Assembly: GCA_965223845.1 (NCBI GenBank)
Contig: CBDCXR010000004.1
Location: 2,816,001 to 2,880,000 of the forward strand
Length of the DNA: 64,000 nt
DNA from: Planctomycetota bacterium
Lineage (GTDB): Bacteria; Planctomycetota; UBA8108; SXIK01
Reading direction: 5' to 3'
Every line of letters begins with the position of its first letter. Within the stretch, counting starts at the first letter, position 1. Below are positions 10,551 through 19,949 of the stretch, one piece after another. A program made the translations under genes and the position numbers. The notes beneath the pieces were generated by a model that saw only the letters and a list, made by a program, of their open reading frames with translations, made no database searches and was not told the DNA's origin.

Positions 10551-11783
10551 TCAGACCAGCCCGAGCCACCCATCCCAGCGCGCGATCGCCGCGAGTGCGA
10601 CGTGTGGATCCCCCACGTCCTCCGGCTCTAGGCGCTCGGTGAGCTCGACGACCACCGAGAGCGCGCCGTCGTAATCGAGATCGTCGTCGAACGCCGCCCG
10701 GACTCGTTCGTCCGCTTCGGCGATCCACTCCGGCTTCGCCGCGCTCTCGTCCGCGGGCGCCTTCTTCGCCTCGTCGAGGAGATACTCGCGAAAACCGAGA
10801 ACCGCGTTGACCCGGTCGCGCGAGCGGTCGAGGCACGCGTCGCCGAAGTCGATCGTGTCTCGATAGTGAGCCGAGAGCAGTGCGGCGCGAATCACGGCGC
10901 CGCGGAAGCCGTCATTGAGAAGCTCTCTCACCGTGACGACGTTGCGCGCGACGAGGCTCATCGGCTCGCCTTCGACGTAGACCTCGCCGGAATGGAGCCA
11001 GTAGCGCGCGAGCGGCTTGCCGGTGAGCGATTCGGCCTGCGCCGCTTCGCACTCGTGGTGCGGGAAGAGGTTGTCGTGCGCTCCCGTGTGAATGTCGAAC
11101 GCTCCCCCGAGATACTTCCGTCCCATGGCGACGCACTCGACGTGCCAGCCGGGGAAGCCGCGACCCCACGGGCTCGGCCAGTGCCGCTGGTGCTCGACAT
11201 CCGTCCTCCAGAGGTCGATATCGAGAACGTGTCGCTTCTCGGGATGCGCCGGGTTCCTCGATCCGCCGAGGATCGTCTCCAGCTCCGCGCGGCTCTTTCC
11301 CGTCAGGTGGCCGAACTGCGGCGCCTTGTCGACATCGAAGTAGACGTTTCCTCCTGCGGAGTACGTCAACCGTTTTTCCTCGAGCTGCTCGACGAGCGCG
11401 ATCATGTCGTCGATGTGCTCCCGCGCGCGCGGGTAGACCGTCGCGTCGAGGATGTGGAGCGCGCGCCGCTCCTCGTGGAACTTTCGCTCTTCGTCCTCGA
11501 TGAGCTCGGACGCGTGAAGACCCGTTCGCGCCGCGGCGATCTCGGTGAAGTCTTCCTCGAACTCGTTCAGGTGCCCGACGTCGGTGATGTTCATCACCTG
11601 CGTGACCTCGAGGCCATTCGCCTCGAGCGTTCGCCGGAGGACGTCGCCGAGGAGATACGAGCGAAACTTGCTCAGGTCGAGCGCCGCCTTCACGGTCGGC
11701 CCGCAGTGGTAGAGTCCCGCCCGTCCGGGCTCGAGCGGCGTGAACTCGCGCTTCGCTCCGGTTCGATCACTGAGCTTCAGCAT
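10551..11783 (-). CDS. Cysteinyl-tRNA synthetase paralog (degenerate HIGH/KMSKS, no anticodon-binding domain)
   Basis: CGPTV, NITDVGH, SPWGRGFPGWHVEC, DIH and FPHHECE are CysRS motifs, followed by a DALR-like helix. HIGH position = DLSK, KMSKS position = PMSLV. ATG at 11783 has a GGAGG RBS. Confidence 0.85.
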   Translation of the reverse strand: MLKLSDRTGAKREFTPLEPGRAGLYHCGPTVKAALDLSKFRSYLLGDVLRRTLEANGLEVTQVMNITDVGHLNEFEEDFTEIAAARTGLHASELIEDEERKFHEERRALHILDATVYPRAREHIDDMIALVEQLEEKRLTYSAGGNVYFDVDKAPQFGHLTGKSRAELETILGGSRNPAHPEKRHVLDIDLWRTDVEHQRHWPSPWGRGFPGWHVECVAMGRKYLGGAFDIHTGAHDNLFPHHECEAAQAESLTGKPLARYWLHSGEVYVEGEPMSLVARNVVTVRELLNDGFRGAVIRAALLSAHYRDTIDFGDACLDRSRDRVNAVLGFREYLLDEAKKAPADESAAKPEWIAEADERVRAAFDDDLDYDGALSVVVELTERLEPEDVGDPHVALAAIARWDGWLGLV

Positions 11784-11905
11784 CTCATCCCTCCTCCGGT
11801 CGTGCGCCTCCACCGCGACGACGCTCGCGACGTTTCTCCTCCCCCGCCCCCCGAAGATTCTGACGGTTTCCCGAGCGGACGGAAAGTCCCCGCCGACATC
11901 GGCTT

Positions 11906-13195
11906 TTACTCGGGCACGATCTTCATGTGTCGCTTCTTCCCCCGCCGGAGGAGGATCTCTCCGTCAACGAGATCCGCGGCCGTCACGACTCGATCCTCGT
12001 CCACCGACTCTCCGTTCAAGTAGAGCCCGCCCTGACGAGCCTGTCGACGCGCGTCGTTTCTCGAATCGCAGAGCTTCGAGCTCGCGCTCAAATCGACGAC
12101 GGAGATTCCTGACTCGAGATCGGCGCGCGGTACGGCGTAGGTCGGAACGGAGTCACCGCCTCCGGTCTTTCCGCCGCCGAAGAGCGCCCTCGCACCCTTT
12201 TGCGCGGCCTTCGCCTCCTCCTCGCCGTGCGTGAGACGCGTCGCCTCGAACGCGAGCACTTCCTTCGCCTTCCGGATGTCCGCGCCTTCGAGTCGATCGA
12301 GAGCTTCGATTTCCCCAAGGTCGAGAAACGTAAAGACACGCAGGTACCGCCCCGCGTCGCGGTCGTCGGTGTTGACCCAGAACTGGTAGTAGTCGTACGG
12401 GCTCGTACGCTCGGCGTCGAGCCAGATCGCCCCCTTCTCCGTCTTCCCCATCTTCTGACCGCTGGCGGTCGTGATGAGGGGCGTGGTGAGAGCGTGGGCG
12501 CGTCGACTGTCGGCGCGGCGAATGAGCTCGAGGCCCGCGACGATGTTCCCCCACTGATCACTCCCGCCCATCTGGAGCGCGCAGCCGTACTTCCTCGAGA
12601 GGACGAGGTAATCGTAGGCCTGGAGGAGGCTGTAGTTGAATTCGAGAAAGGACAGCCCCGCCGGCGACGCGAGTCGCAGCTTCACGCCCTCGGCCGCAAG
12701 CATGCGGTTCACGCTGAAGTGGCGTCCGACGTCGCGGAGGAAGTCGAGGTAGTGAAGGTCGAGCAGCCAGTCCGCGTTGTTGAGCACGATTCCGCGCTCT
12801 TCCTTCGGATCGTCGCTCGGCGCGAGGTCGAGGTAGCGCGAGATCTGCTCCCGCTGCGCGGCGAGATTCGCGGCGACGGCACCCTCGTCGAGGAGCTTTC
12901 GCATCTCCGTCTTGCCGCTCGGGTCGCCAACGAGACCCGTGCCGCCGCCCATGAGGACGATGGGGCGATGGCCTGATCGCTGGAGGTGAGCGAGAAGGAT
13001 GACCTGCACCAGGTTTCCGACGGTGAGGCTCGGCGCGGTCGGATCGAAGCCGATATAGGCCGTGACGCGCTCCTCCGCGAGCAGCTTCTCGAGCGGTCGC
13101 TGATCGGTCTCGTCGTCGCTCGTCTGATGGATGAGTCCGCGCTCGCGGAGAGCGCTCAGGAAATCGCTCACGGACTTCGCCTCGTTCGTGCTCAA
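11906..13195 (-). CDS. tyrS: Tyrosyl-tRNA synthetase
   Basis: YIGFDPTAPSL, GDPSGK, LLQAYD, GGSDQWGNI, KMGKT and a C-terminal S4 domain (RRGKK). Confidence 0.97.
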   Translation of the reverse strand: MSTNEAKSVSDFLSALRERGLIHQTSDDETDQRPLEKLLAEERVTAYIGFDPTAPSLTVGNLVQVILLAHLQRSGHRPIVLMGGGTGLVGDPSGKTEMRKLLDEGAVAANLAAQREQISRYLDLAPSDDPKEERGIVLNNADWLLDLHYLDFLRDVGRHFSVNRMLAAEGVKLRLASPAGLSFLEFNYSLLQAYDYLVLSRKYGCALQMGGSDQWGNIVAGLELIRRADSRRAHALTTPLITTASGQKMGKTEKGAIWLDAERTSPYDYYQFWVNTDDRDAGRYLRVFTFLDLGEIEALDRLEGADIRKAKEVLAFEATRLTHGEEEAKAAQKGARALFGGGKTGGGDSVPTYAVPRADLESGISVVDLSASSKLCDSRNDARRQARQGGLYLNGESVDEDRVVTAADLVDGEILLRRGKKRHMKIVPE

Positions 13196-13596
13196 ACTAG
13201 TTCACTCCCGGATCCGCGCGACTCGGGCCACACTTGCGCGAGCTCTTCGAGCGCGCCGCAGACGAGCTCGGCCGCGTGAACCGAGTCGTCGTCGAGCCCG
13301 CCGGCGCGCGACGAGAGCTCTTCGACGTCGAGCGCGGCGCACTCGGCTCTGGTCCGTCCCACCAACCAGTCGGCGAGGATCGAACCGCAGACGATCGACG
13401 CAGCGCAGCCGTAGACCTGGTAGCGACAGTCCGCGACCTCGCCGCTCGGCCCCCACTGAACGTAGAGATCGATCAGGTCCCCACACCGATCACCCTCGAC
13501 GCGGATCTTGGCGTCCGGATCCGAAAGCACGCCGGCGCGCCTCGGACACGTAAGGTGTTCGTCGAAAGGATTCTTCTCGGGGTCGAGCGGGTCCAT
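13192..13596 (-). CDS. IscU/NifU N-terminal-like scaffold protein
   Basis: EH...PR..G, CGD.I.LY, GCAASI..GS motifs. The stop overlaps the tyrS start. Confidence 0.82.
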   Translation of the reverse strand: MDPLDPEKNPFDEHLTCPRRAGVLSDPDAKIRVEGDRCGDLIDLYVQWGPSGEVADCRYQVYGCAASIVCGSILADWLVGRTRAECAALDVEELSSRAGGLDDDSVHAAELVCGALEELAQVWPESRGSGSELV

Positions 13597-13617
13597 CGCA
13601 CGAGCAACGGACCGAGC

Positions 13618-13935
13618 CTAAAGAAGCTCGTCGAGCTTGCTCTTATACTGCGACTTCGGATAGAGGCCGACGAGCTGATCGACGACCTCACCGCCCTTGA
13701 AGAGAAGCACGGTCGGAACGCTCATGATGCCGTACTTTCCGGCGGTGTCCTGCGCCTTGTCGATGTCGACCTTGCCGACCTTCGCCTTGCCGTTGTACTC
13801 GTCGGCCAGCTCGTCGACGATCGGGGAGAGCTGCTGACACGGCGGGCACCAAGTCGCGCCGAAATCTACGAGAACCGGCTGCTCCGCCTGGAGGACTTCC
13901 GTCTCGAAGTTGGTGTCGTCGAAATCGAGCGCCAT
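13618..13935 (-). CDS. trxA: Thioredoxin
   Basis: VLVDFGATWCPPC, SVPT cis-Pro motif, 105 aa. Confidence 0.95.
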   Translation of the reverse strand: MALDFDDTNFETEVLQAEQPVLVDFGATWCPPCQQLSPIVDELADEYNGKAKVGKVDIDKAQDTAGKYGIMSVPTVLLFKGGEVVDQLVGLYPKSQYKSKLDELL

Positions 13936-14266
13936 CGCTCGCGCCTCCTAACGGGATACAGAAACTCGCTGAACTCGTCCGGCCGGATCCGTCATCGCTG
14001 CCGCGGCCGGTCGGGCGCCGCCCGAGAGGTCCGCAGGGGCCGGAAACGGGGGAGTCTACAACAAAACGCGGCCGCCGCCAAACGCCCTAAAGCCCAGGAT
14101 CGATTCCCGAAAGTCGGCCGCATCCGGGAACTCCTGAAGGTGAGACGCCGCGGACCTGGACGGTCTTACTGAAGCGCTTACAATCGTCCCCTCGGCACGC
14201 TGGTCGTACTCGGACCACCGCTAGAGCCGCCGGAACTCTGCCTCGCCCCTTCTCGTTGGAAGGATC

Positions 14267-16879
14267 ATGAATCACGCCCGCGTCGATCGACCTCTCGCGT
14301 CCCGTCTCCGCTCCCTCCGCCGCAGGCCGAATCAGCCGGCCGCACGTTCGTTCGTGTTCCCTGCCATCGCAATCGTCGCGCTGGCGATCGGGACGGGCGG
14401 CGGCGGGCTCGAGGCCGGGCAAGACATCTTGGGGCTGGGCGGCGGGGCGTCGTCGTCGAAGGTGAAATGGACGTTGTCGGTCGAGCCGACGACCGCGGCT
14501 CCGGGGGACGAGGTGACCGTGAAGGCGGCGTATGATGTCCAGGCGAACTGGTACCTCTATGCCCCAGATCACGATCCAGAGAAGGGGCCGGGTCGCCCCC
14601 TCAGCTTTGCGGCCGGGCACACGTCGTTGTCGCCCGTCGGGGCCGTCCGGTTCCCGAGTCCAGGCGTCAAGCGTCAGGAGGACCTCGGCTGGGAGTTTCG
14701 AATTCTCTCCGGCGAAGGCGCCCTCGAGCAGACGTTTCGCGTGAACTCAGATGCGAGCCCCGGGGACGTCGCGATCGCGGTCAAGATCGAAGGACAGGCC
14801 TGCGACCCATCTCTCTGTATCGACCAATCTTTCGCTGATTCGGTAACTCTTGCCATCGCGACGGCGTCGACGACTTCCGACTCGGCGGCAGCCAGCGTAG
14901 TAGGTACGACGGGCGGTGACGAGAACGAAGGCACGCCGCCCGGTACGCCATCCGTTCTCGAGAGCCCACAAGGCTTGTTCCGTGGAGCCGATTCCACCAA
15001 GTCGCGCGCCTCGTGGCGCTTCGAGGTCGAACCCGCGACGGTGAATCGCGGCGAGACAATTACGATCGCCGCGCACTACAAGCTCGACCACGGTTGGCAT
15101 ATCTACTCGCCGGACTACAAGGGAATCGGAATTCCGACGGCGATCGGTGTCGCGAGCGATCCCACACTCGCGCGCTTCGGTAAGCCCACGTTTCCGCCCC
15201 CGAAGCTCGGAATGATGGCCGGCATGACGGAGCCTCAGCGATGGCTCGAAGGCGAGGGAACGATCCGGCAACGATTTACGGTGCCGCCCGCCGCGAGTCC
15301 CGGCCCGCTCGAGCTTTCCGTGAAAGTCGATTTCCTGACCTGCACGGAAACCCAGTGCCTCCTTCCAGAGGCGGCGTCGGACAGGCTGTCGGTCACCGTA
15401 TCGGACGCACCGCCGGTGCGAGTTCGCGGACTTCCGGCCGGCGACGACCTCGGGCCGGAAGACGCGCCCGCTCCTCCGCGGGCCGAGCCAGACGATGACG
15501 CGGACGAGGTGCCTCTCGGCGATCAGCCGCTCTGGCCATTCATGCTCGTCATGATCGGCGGCGGGCTGTTTACGCTCGTCATGCCGTGCACGTACCCCAT
15601 GATCCCGATCACGATTTCGTACTTTACGAAGCAGGCGGAAGCGAGAAGCGGATCCGTGCTCCCGCTCGCGCTCACGTACGGCGCGGGCATCGTCGTGATC
15701 TTCAGCGTCATCGGAGTGGCATTCGGAGAATCGATCATTCCGTTTGCTCAGTCGTGGCAGCTCAATTTCCTCTTCTTCCTGCTCTTCGTCGTGTTCGCGC
15801 TCGCGCTCTTCGGCATGATCAATCTCCGCCTCCCGGCGTCGTTTTCTAAGCTTGCGGGTCAAGCGTCTCAAAGACAGGGATATCTCGGCGTTTTCATCCT
15901 CGGCACGCTCCTCGTCGTAACGTCGTTCACGTGTACCGCGCCGATTCTCGGTGGACTGCTCTTCGGTGCCGCGGCGGGAGACGTGTCGACGGGTAGACTC
16001 CTCATGGGAATGAGCGTTTTCGGCGGAACCGTTGCCGCTCCGTTCGTGCTCCTCGCACTCTTTCCCGGTCGCGTTCAGAACTTGCCGAAAGCGGGCGAGT
16101 GGATGAACGTTCTCAAAGTGTCGCTCGGCTTCATTGAGCTCGCCGCCGCCGTAAAGTTTCTGTCGACGGCAGACCTGGGCCTCAAGCTCGGCCTTCTCCC
16201 GCGCGAGCTCTTCCTCGTGATCTGGGCCGCGATCGCCGCGGTCCTCGGCTTCTACTTGCTCAATTTCTTCCGCATGAAGACCGACAAGACGGAGTCCATC
16301 GGAGCGATCCGCATGCTGTCGGGGCTCGCGGCGCTCACGCTCTGCTTTTACTTCCTCGTCTGGCCGGTCGCGGGATTCAAGTTCGGCTGGGTCATGGCTT
16401 CGATTCTGCCTCCCTATTCCGCCGAGAAGCGGATCGACCTCGGTGGTGATGCTCCCGCGCCTGCGGGTGTTGACGCCGCGGCGAAAGAAGGGACGCCGTG
16501 GCCGATCGTGAAGGACGACCTCGCCGCAGGGCTCGAGCTCGCGAAGACGCTGGGAAAACCTGCTCTCATCAATTTCACGGGGCACACATGAACGAACTGC
16601 CGACTGATGGAAGTTTCCGTCTTCACGAAACCTGAGATCACGGCGCTTCTCGCGCAGTACGTCGAGGTTCGTCTCCACGTCGACGACCCCGATTCACCGG
16701 AAAAGACGAAGCGGCACCTCGCCTACCGGAATCGACTCGTACAGTCCGTGGCGCTCCCGATCTACGCGATCGTCGAGCCCGACGAACCCGAGACGCTCCT
16801 CAAGCGGTTCGACGGCGCGGACATTTCGGGCAAACGGTTCGGCGCGTTTCTGGAGAACTACCTTCGGAAGCGTGGTTAG
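14267..16879 (+). CDS. dsbD: DsbD-family thiol:disulfide interchange protein, probable selenoprotein (Sec at TGA 16589-16591)
   Basis: Signal peptide; two DsbD-alpha-like domains (CDPSLC, CTETQC); TM domain with MPCTYP and FTCTAP. The thioredoxin domain reads INFTGHT-TGA-TNCRLME and continues in frame into ORF 16607..16879 (ALPIY cis-Pro motif). Confidence 0.85.
16606..16621 (+). promoter_or_regulatory. Candidate bacterial SECIS hairpin
   Basis: GATGGA-AGTT-TCCGTC, a 6-bp stem with one G-U pair and a GU-containing tetraloop starting ~21 nt after the UGA. Confidence 0.5.
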
Positions 16880-17156
16880 GTGTGCGTTCGGCGGCGGCAG
16901 CTCGTCCCGCCGCGCGACCGGCGCCGGCCGCTCCGGTCTGCGCGCGGAGTCTCAGATTCCGGCCGCGTCACGCGGCCCACCCGTCCCCCAAAGCCCTTGC
17001 CCCCGGCTCCAGATCCCTTTAAGCTCGGAACTTAGGCTTTCTCCCCACTCCCACCAGCCTTCCGAGCGATTCCCCCCTTTCGGGTGGGGGCGAAGGAGAT
17101 CTCGTTTGGTTTCGAACCATTCCCCCGATCCCGCACCGCGCGGCGCTCGCCCCTCC

Positions 17157-18665
17157 GTGCCCAGGCCTCGGGTCGCCCGCTCCGCCGTTTCCGTCGCGGC
17201 AGCGCTTCTCCTCGCGGCGATCTTCGCCGGCGGACGAAACGAAGCGTCGGAGACGGCGCCGGCCGGTCATGTGCGCTGCACGGAGTGCGATTCGAAAGGC
17301 CGGGAGAAGTGTCCCGACTGCGCGGGAAAAGGGATGCTCGCCCGAACCTGTCCCGATTGCGGCGGATCCGGCGAGCGCTCCTGCGTCACCTGTTCGGAGG
17401 GTGAGAACGCCGCTGGCGCGGGTCGTGTGCACTGCTCCTACTGCGGAGGCTCGGGGACGACGGGCTCGGACGAGACGCGGGTCTGTCCTCGGTGTAAGGG
17501 GCAGCAGACTCTAGCCTGCCCGTCCTGTTTCGGTCGGGGTCACAAGAACTGCCGGAAGGTCATTCGCGACAAGGTCTGCCCGAGGTGCCGGTTCTCGGGG
17601 CGGATCACGTGCCGGACCTGCGAGGGGAAACGTTGGCTCAATCCAGCCGTGCTGCGGGCGCGGAAGGCGGCGCCGCTCAAGGCGACGAGTACCGCGACGC
17701 CGTCGAGCGCGACTACGCGCGGCGCTAGCGAGACGCTCGACGTCCGCCGAACGATCCGCGACGAATCGGACGATGCGAAGCCCGAGCTCGCTCCGATCCC
17801 CGAGCTCCGCACTCGGTTCGCGAAGCTCGCCCCACGGCTCGACTTGCATTTCGAGCTCTTCGCCAACGACCTCCGGCTCGACGCACGCGACTTCGCCGAT
17901 GATGCGCGCGTGCTCGAGCGCCAAGTTCGGCGCGAATCGTCCGTGGCCCTCGCGAAGATTTCCGAAGAGCTCGAATCCGTGATCGAGTCGTCGCAGCGAT
18001 TCGTTCGGCGGTGGAGCGAGCTGCAGCCCTTGTTCGTACGCGAGTACAAGGCGCACGAAAACGCGACCCGTACCTGGGAGACCTACGACAAGCGATCGCG
18101 CGGACTCACCGGATCCCGCCTCGCCCGCCTCGAGAAGGAATACCACGGGCGCCTGTCGACGACGACCCGCATCGCCGAGTCGCGCACGCGAGAGCTCAGC
18201 GAGAAGAATCCCGAGGGACTCCAAGCCGATTTGAAGGCGATGCGTCTCACCGTGGCCGAGCTCGCGAAGCGGTCGAAGCGCGAACTCAAACTCGCGGCGG
18301 CGGAACGGAAAGCGGCCGAGGCCGCCGCCGAGACCGACGCCCGATCGCGCGACCCCGCTCCCGACTCGGGATCAGCGAAGCGGCAGAACCGACGCTCGTC
18401 CGCCACCGGACGGTCGAACGGGACAAAGTCGCGCGCCGCGTGGATCACGTCGGCGAATCGGTCATCGCAGCGCGACGAAGACTCCGGCGCGCGGGCGGAA
18501 TCTCGCCGAGATCGCTCCGATCGAGCGGCGCCGAAACGCAAGGACGACGAAGCCGACGGCGGTGGAGGCTCGTTCGGCCCGGTAGTCGCGGCCGTCGTCG
18601 GCTTCCTCGTCGCGTGCGGAGTGTTCCTTCTTCGCGGGTTTTTCCGCGGGCGGTTGACGGGTTGA
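17157..18665 (+). CDS. Exported protein with CxxCxGxG (DnaJ-type zinc finger) repeats, coiled coil and GlyGly-CTERM-like anchor
   Basis: N-terminal hydrophobic signal; 9 CxxC motifs; C-terminus GGGGSFG + TM + Arg-rich tail. Start inferred (GTG 17157). Confidence 0.7.
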   Translation: MPRPRVARSAVSVAAALLLAAIFAGGRNEASETAPAGHVRCTECDSKGREKCPDCAGKGMLARTCPDCGGSGERSCVTCSEGENAAGAGRVHCSYCGGSGTTGSDETRVCPRCKGQQTLACPSCFGRGHKNCRKVIRDKVCPRCRFSGRITCRTCEGKRWLNPAVLRARKAAPLKATSTATPSSATTRGASETLDVRRTIRDESDDAKPELAPIPELRTRFAKLAPRLDLHFELFANDLRLDARDFADDARVLERQVRRESSVALAKISEELESVIESSQRFVRRWSELQPLFVREYKAHENATRTWETYDKRSRGLTGSRLARLEKEYHGRLSTTTRIAESRTRELSEKNPEGLQADLKAMRLTVAELAKRSKRELKLAAAERKAAEAAAETDARSRDPAPDSGSAKRQNRRSSATGRSNGTKSRAAWITSANRSSQRDEDSGARAESRRDRSDRAAPKRKDDEADGGGGSFGPVVAAVVGFLVACGVFLLRGFFRGRLTG

Positions 18666-18898
18666 GGCTAAGAACCGTCGCGTGAGTTCGCGCGGCAGGT
18701 GCGCTGCGGCCGACCCGCATCCTTCGCCAGAGCCTCCTTCGGGGCCGTGCGGCGGGTAGTGGACATCGGAAGCGTCGGCGCCCCGATCCTGGGCGTGGCG
18801 GGAACGCGCTTTCGGTTAGTGCGCGGCGAGTGTCTCGCGCGCTCTCGCCGATGCCCATGGCAGCGCTCCGCTCACCGGTGCGGACCGCGGGCTCACGA

Positions 18899-19477
18899 TC
18901 ACTCGTCCAGATAAATCTGCTTCAGCTTGACGAGTGCGCGGCGGCAGTGCATCTGCGCTGCTTCGGGCGTGCGGCCACCCAGTCGCTCCCCCACCTCCTT
19001 CCACGGCAGGCGGAGATAGTATCGGAGGATGATCACTTCGCGGTAGTCGCGAGAGAGCCCGTCCATCGCCGCTTCGAGTCGGCCGCGGTCCTCCATGTCG
19101 ACGACGCGACTCGCGGGCGACGGAGTCTCGCCCGGAACGTTGGCGCCTTCGAGCGCGACTTCGCGCCGCATGTCGCGTCTCTGCGCGCGAAAGAACTGCA
19201 GGCGACCGCGGATCTTGTGCTCGATGATCCCCATGAGCCAGCGGCGAAAGGACCCCTTCCCGCAGTAGGTGTACTTCGGGAGATCGCGGTAGGCCTCGTA
19301 GTACGCCGACTGCGCGAGGTCCAGCGTATCCAGTCGTCCGCGTAGAGCCGGTCCGAGTCGAAATCGCACGGCCTGGAGCACGTCGGGATACGACTTTTCG
19401 AAGAGAGCTTCGGCGGCGCGACGATCGCCGTCTTGGGCGCGGCGCACCAGCTCGCGTGTCGTCGGAGGTTCTAGCAT
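18899..19477 (-). CDS. ECF RNA polymerase sigma factor (planctomycete type)
   Basis: ELVRRAQDGD, DLAQ, SFRRWL (region 2); L..DYREVIILRYY...EVGERLG (region 4). Confidence 0.9.
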   Translation of the reverse strand: MLEPPTTRELVRRAQDGDRRAAEALFEKSYPDVLQAVRFRLGPALRGRLDTLDLAQSAYYEAYRDLPKYTYCGKGSFRRWLMGIIEHKIRGRLQFFRAQRRDMRREVALEGANVPGETPSPASRVVDMEDRGRLEAAMDGLSRDYREVIILRYYLRLPWKEVGERLGGRTPEAAQMHCRRALVKLKQIYLDE

Positions 19478-19949
19478 CGATCGATCGTCTCTCGTCGTCG
19501 CATGTCTTCTCGCGCTCTAGGCCCGATTATAGAAACTTGCTCGGCGAGAGGACCAGATCGAACTCGGTGCGGAGCCGGTGCGCGGCTCTCCCGTCGCGGG
19601 CTAGCTCGACGGGACGCGCAGCGCCGAGGAGTGGCGTGTCGGCCGAGAGTACGGGGCAGCGGGGCCGGATGTTCGGTGGAATGACGCGGCGAGCCTCGAG
19701 GGACGCCGCGAACCGCACCGCGGGAACGCTGCACATCGATCCCGACCTTCGCCGGACGGGCCAGATTCGCCCGGATCACGGCACCGGCGGAGTTTCGAGT
19801 CGCGAAATCGACCAGTAAGATGGAAGCGTACGAAAACGGGCGGCGTTGGCATCGCATCCGCACGCCCCTCTCGCCTGAGGAGGGCGCCGCTCCGGCCCTA
19901 ACGACGGCCGTCGCGGCGCGGAAACGGGTGGAAGGGGGACGTCGGCGCG

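Noticed and set aside
10551-11783. MshC (mycothiol ligase) assignment
   Set aside because: MshC retains HIGH/KMSKS-type motifs, which are lost here, and no mycothiol genes are nearby.
13013-13030. tyrS HIGH variant (TVGN) as a sign of inactivation
   Set aside because: All other TyrRS motifs, including KMGKT, are intact, so this is treated as natural variation.
16607-16879. Separate 90-aa gene
   Set aside because: It is in frame with the upstream ORF and is the second half of the thioredoxin domain; better explained by UGA recoding.
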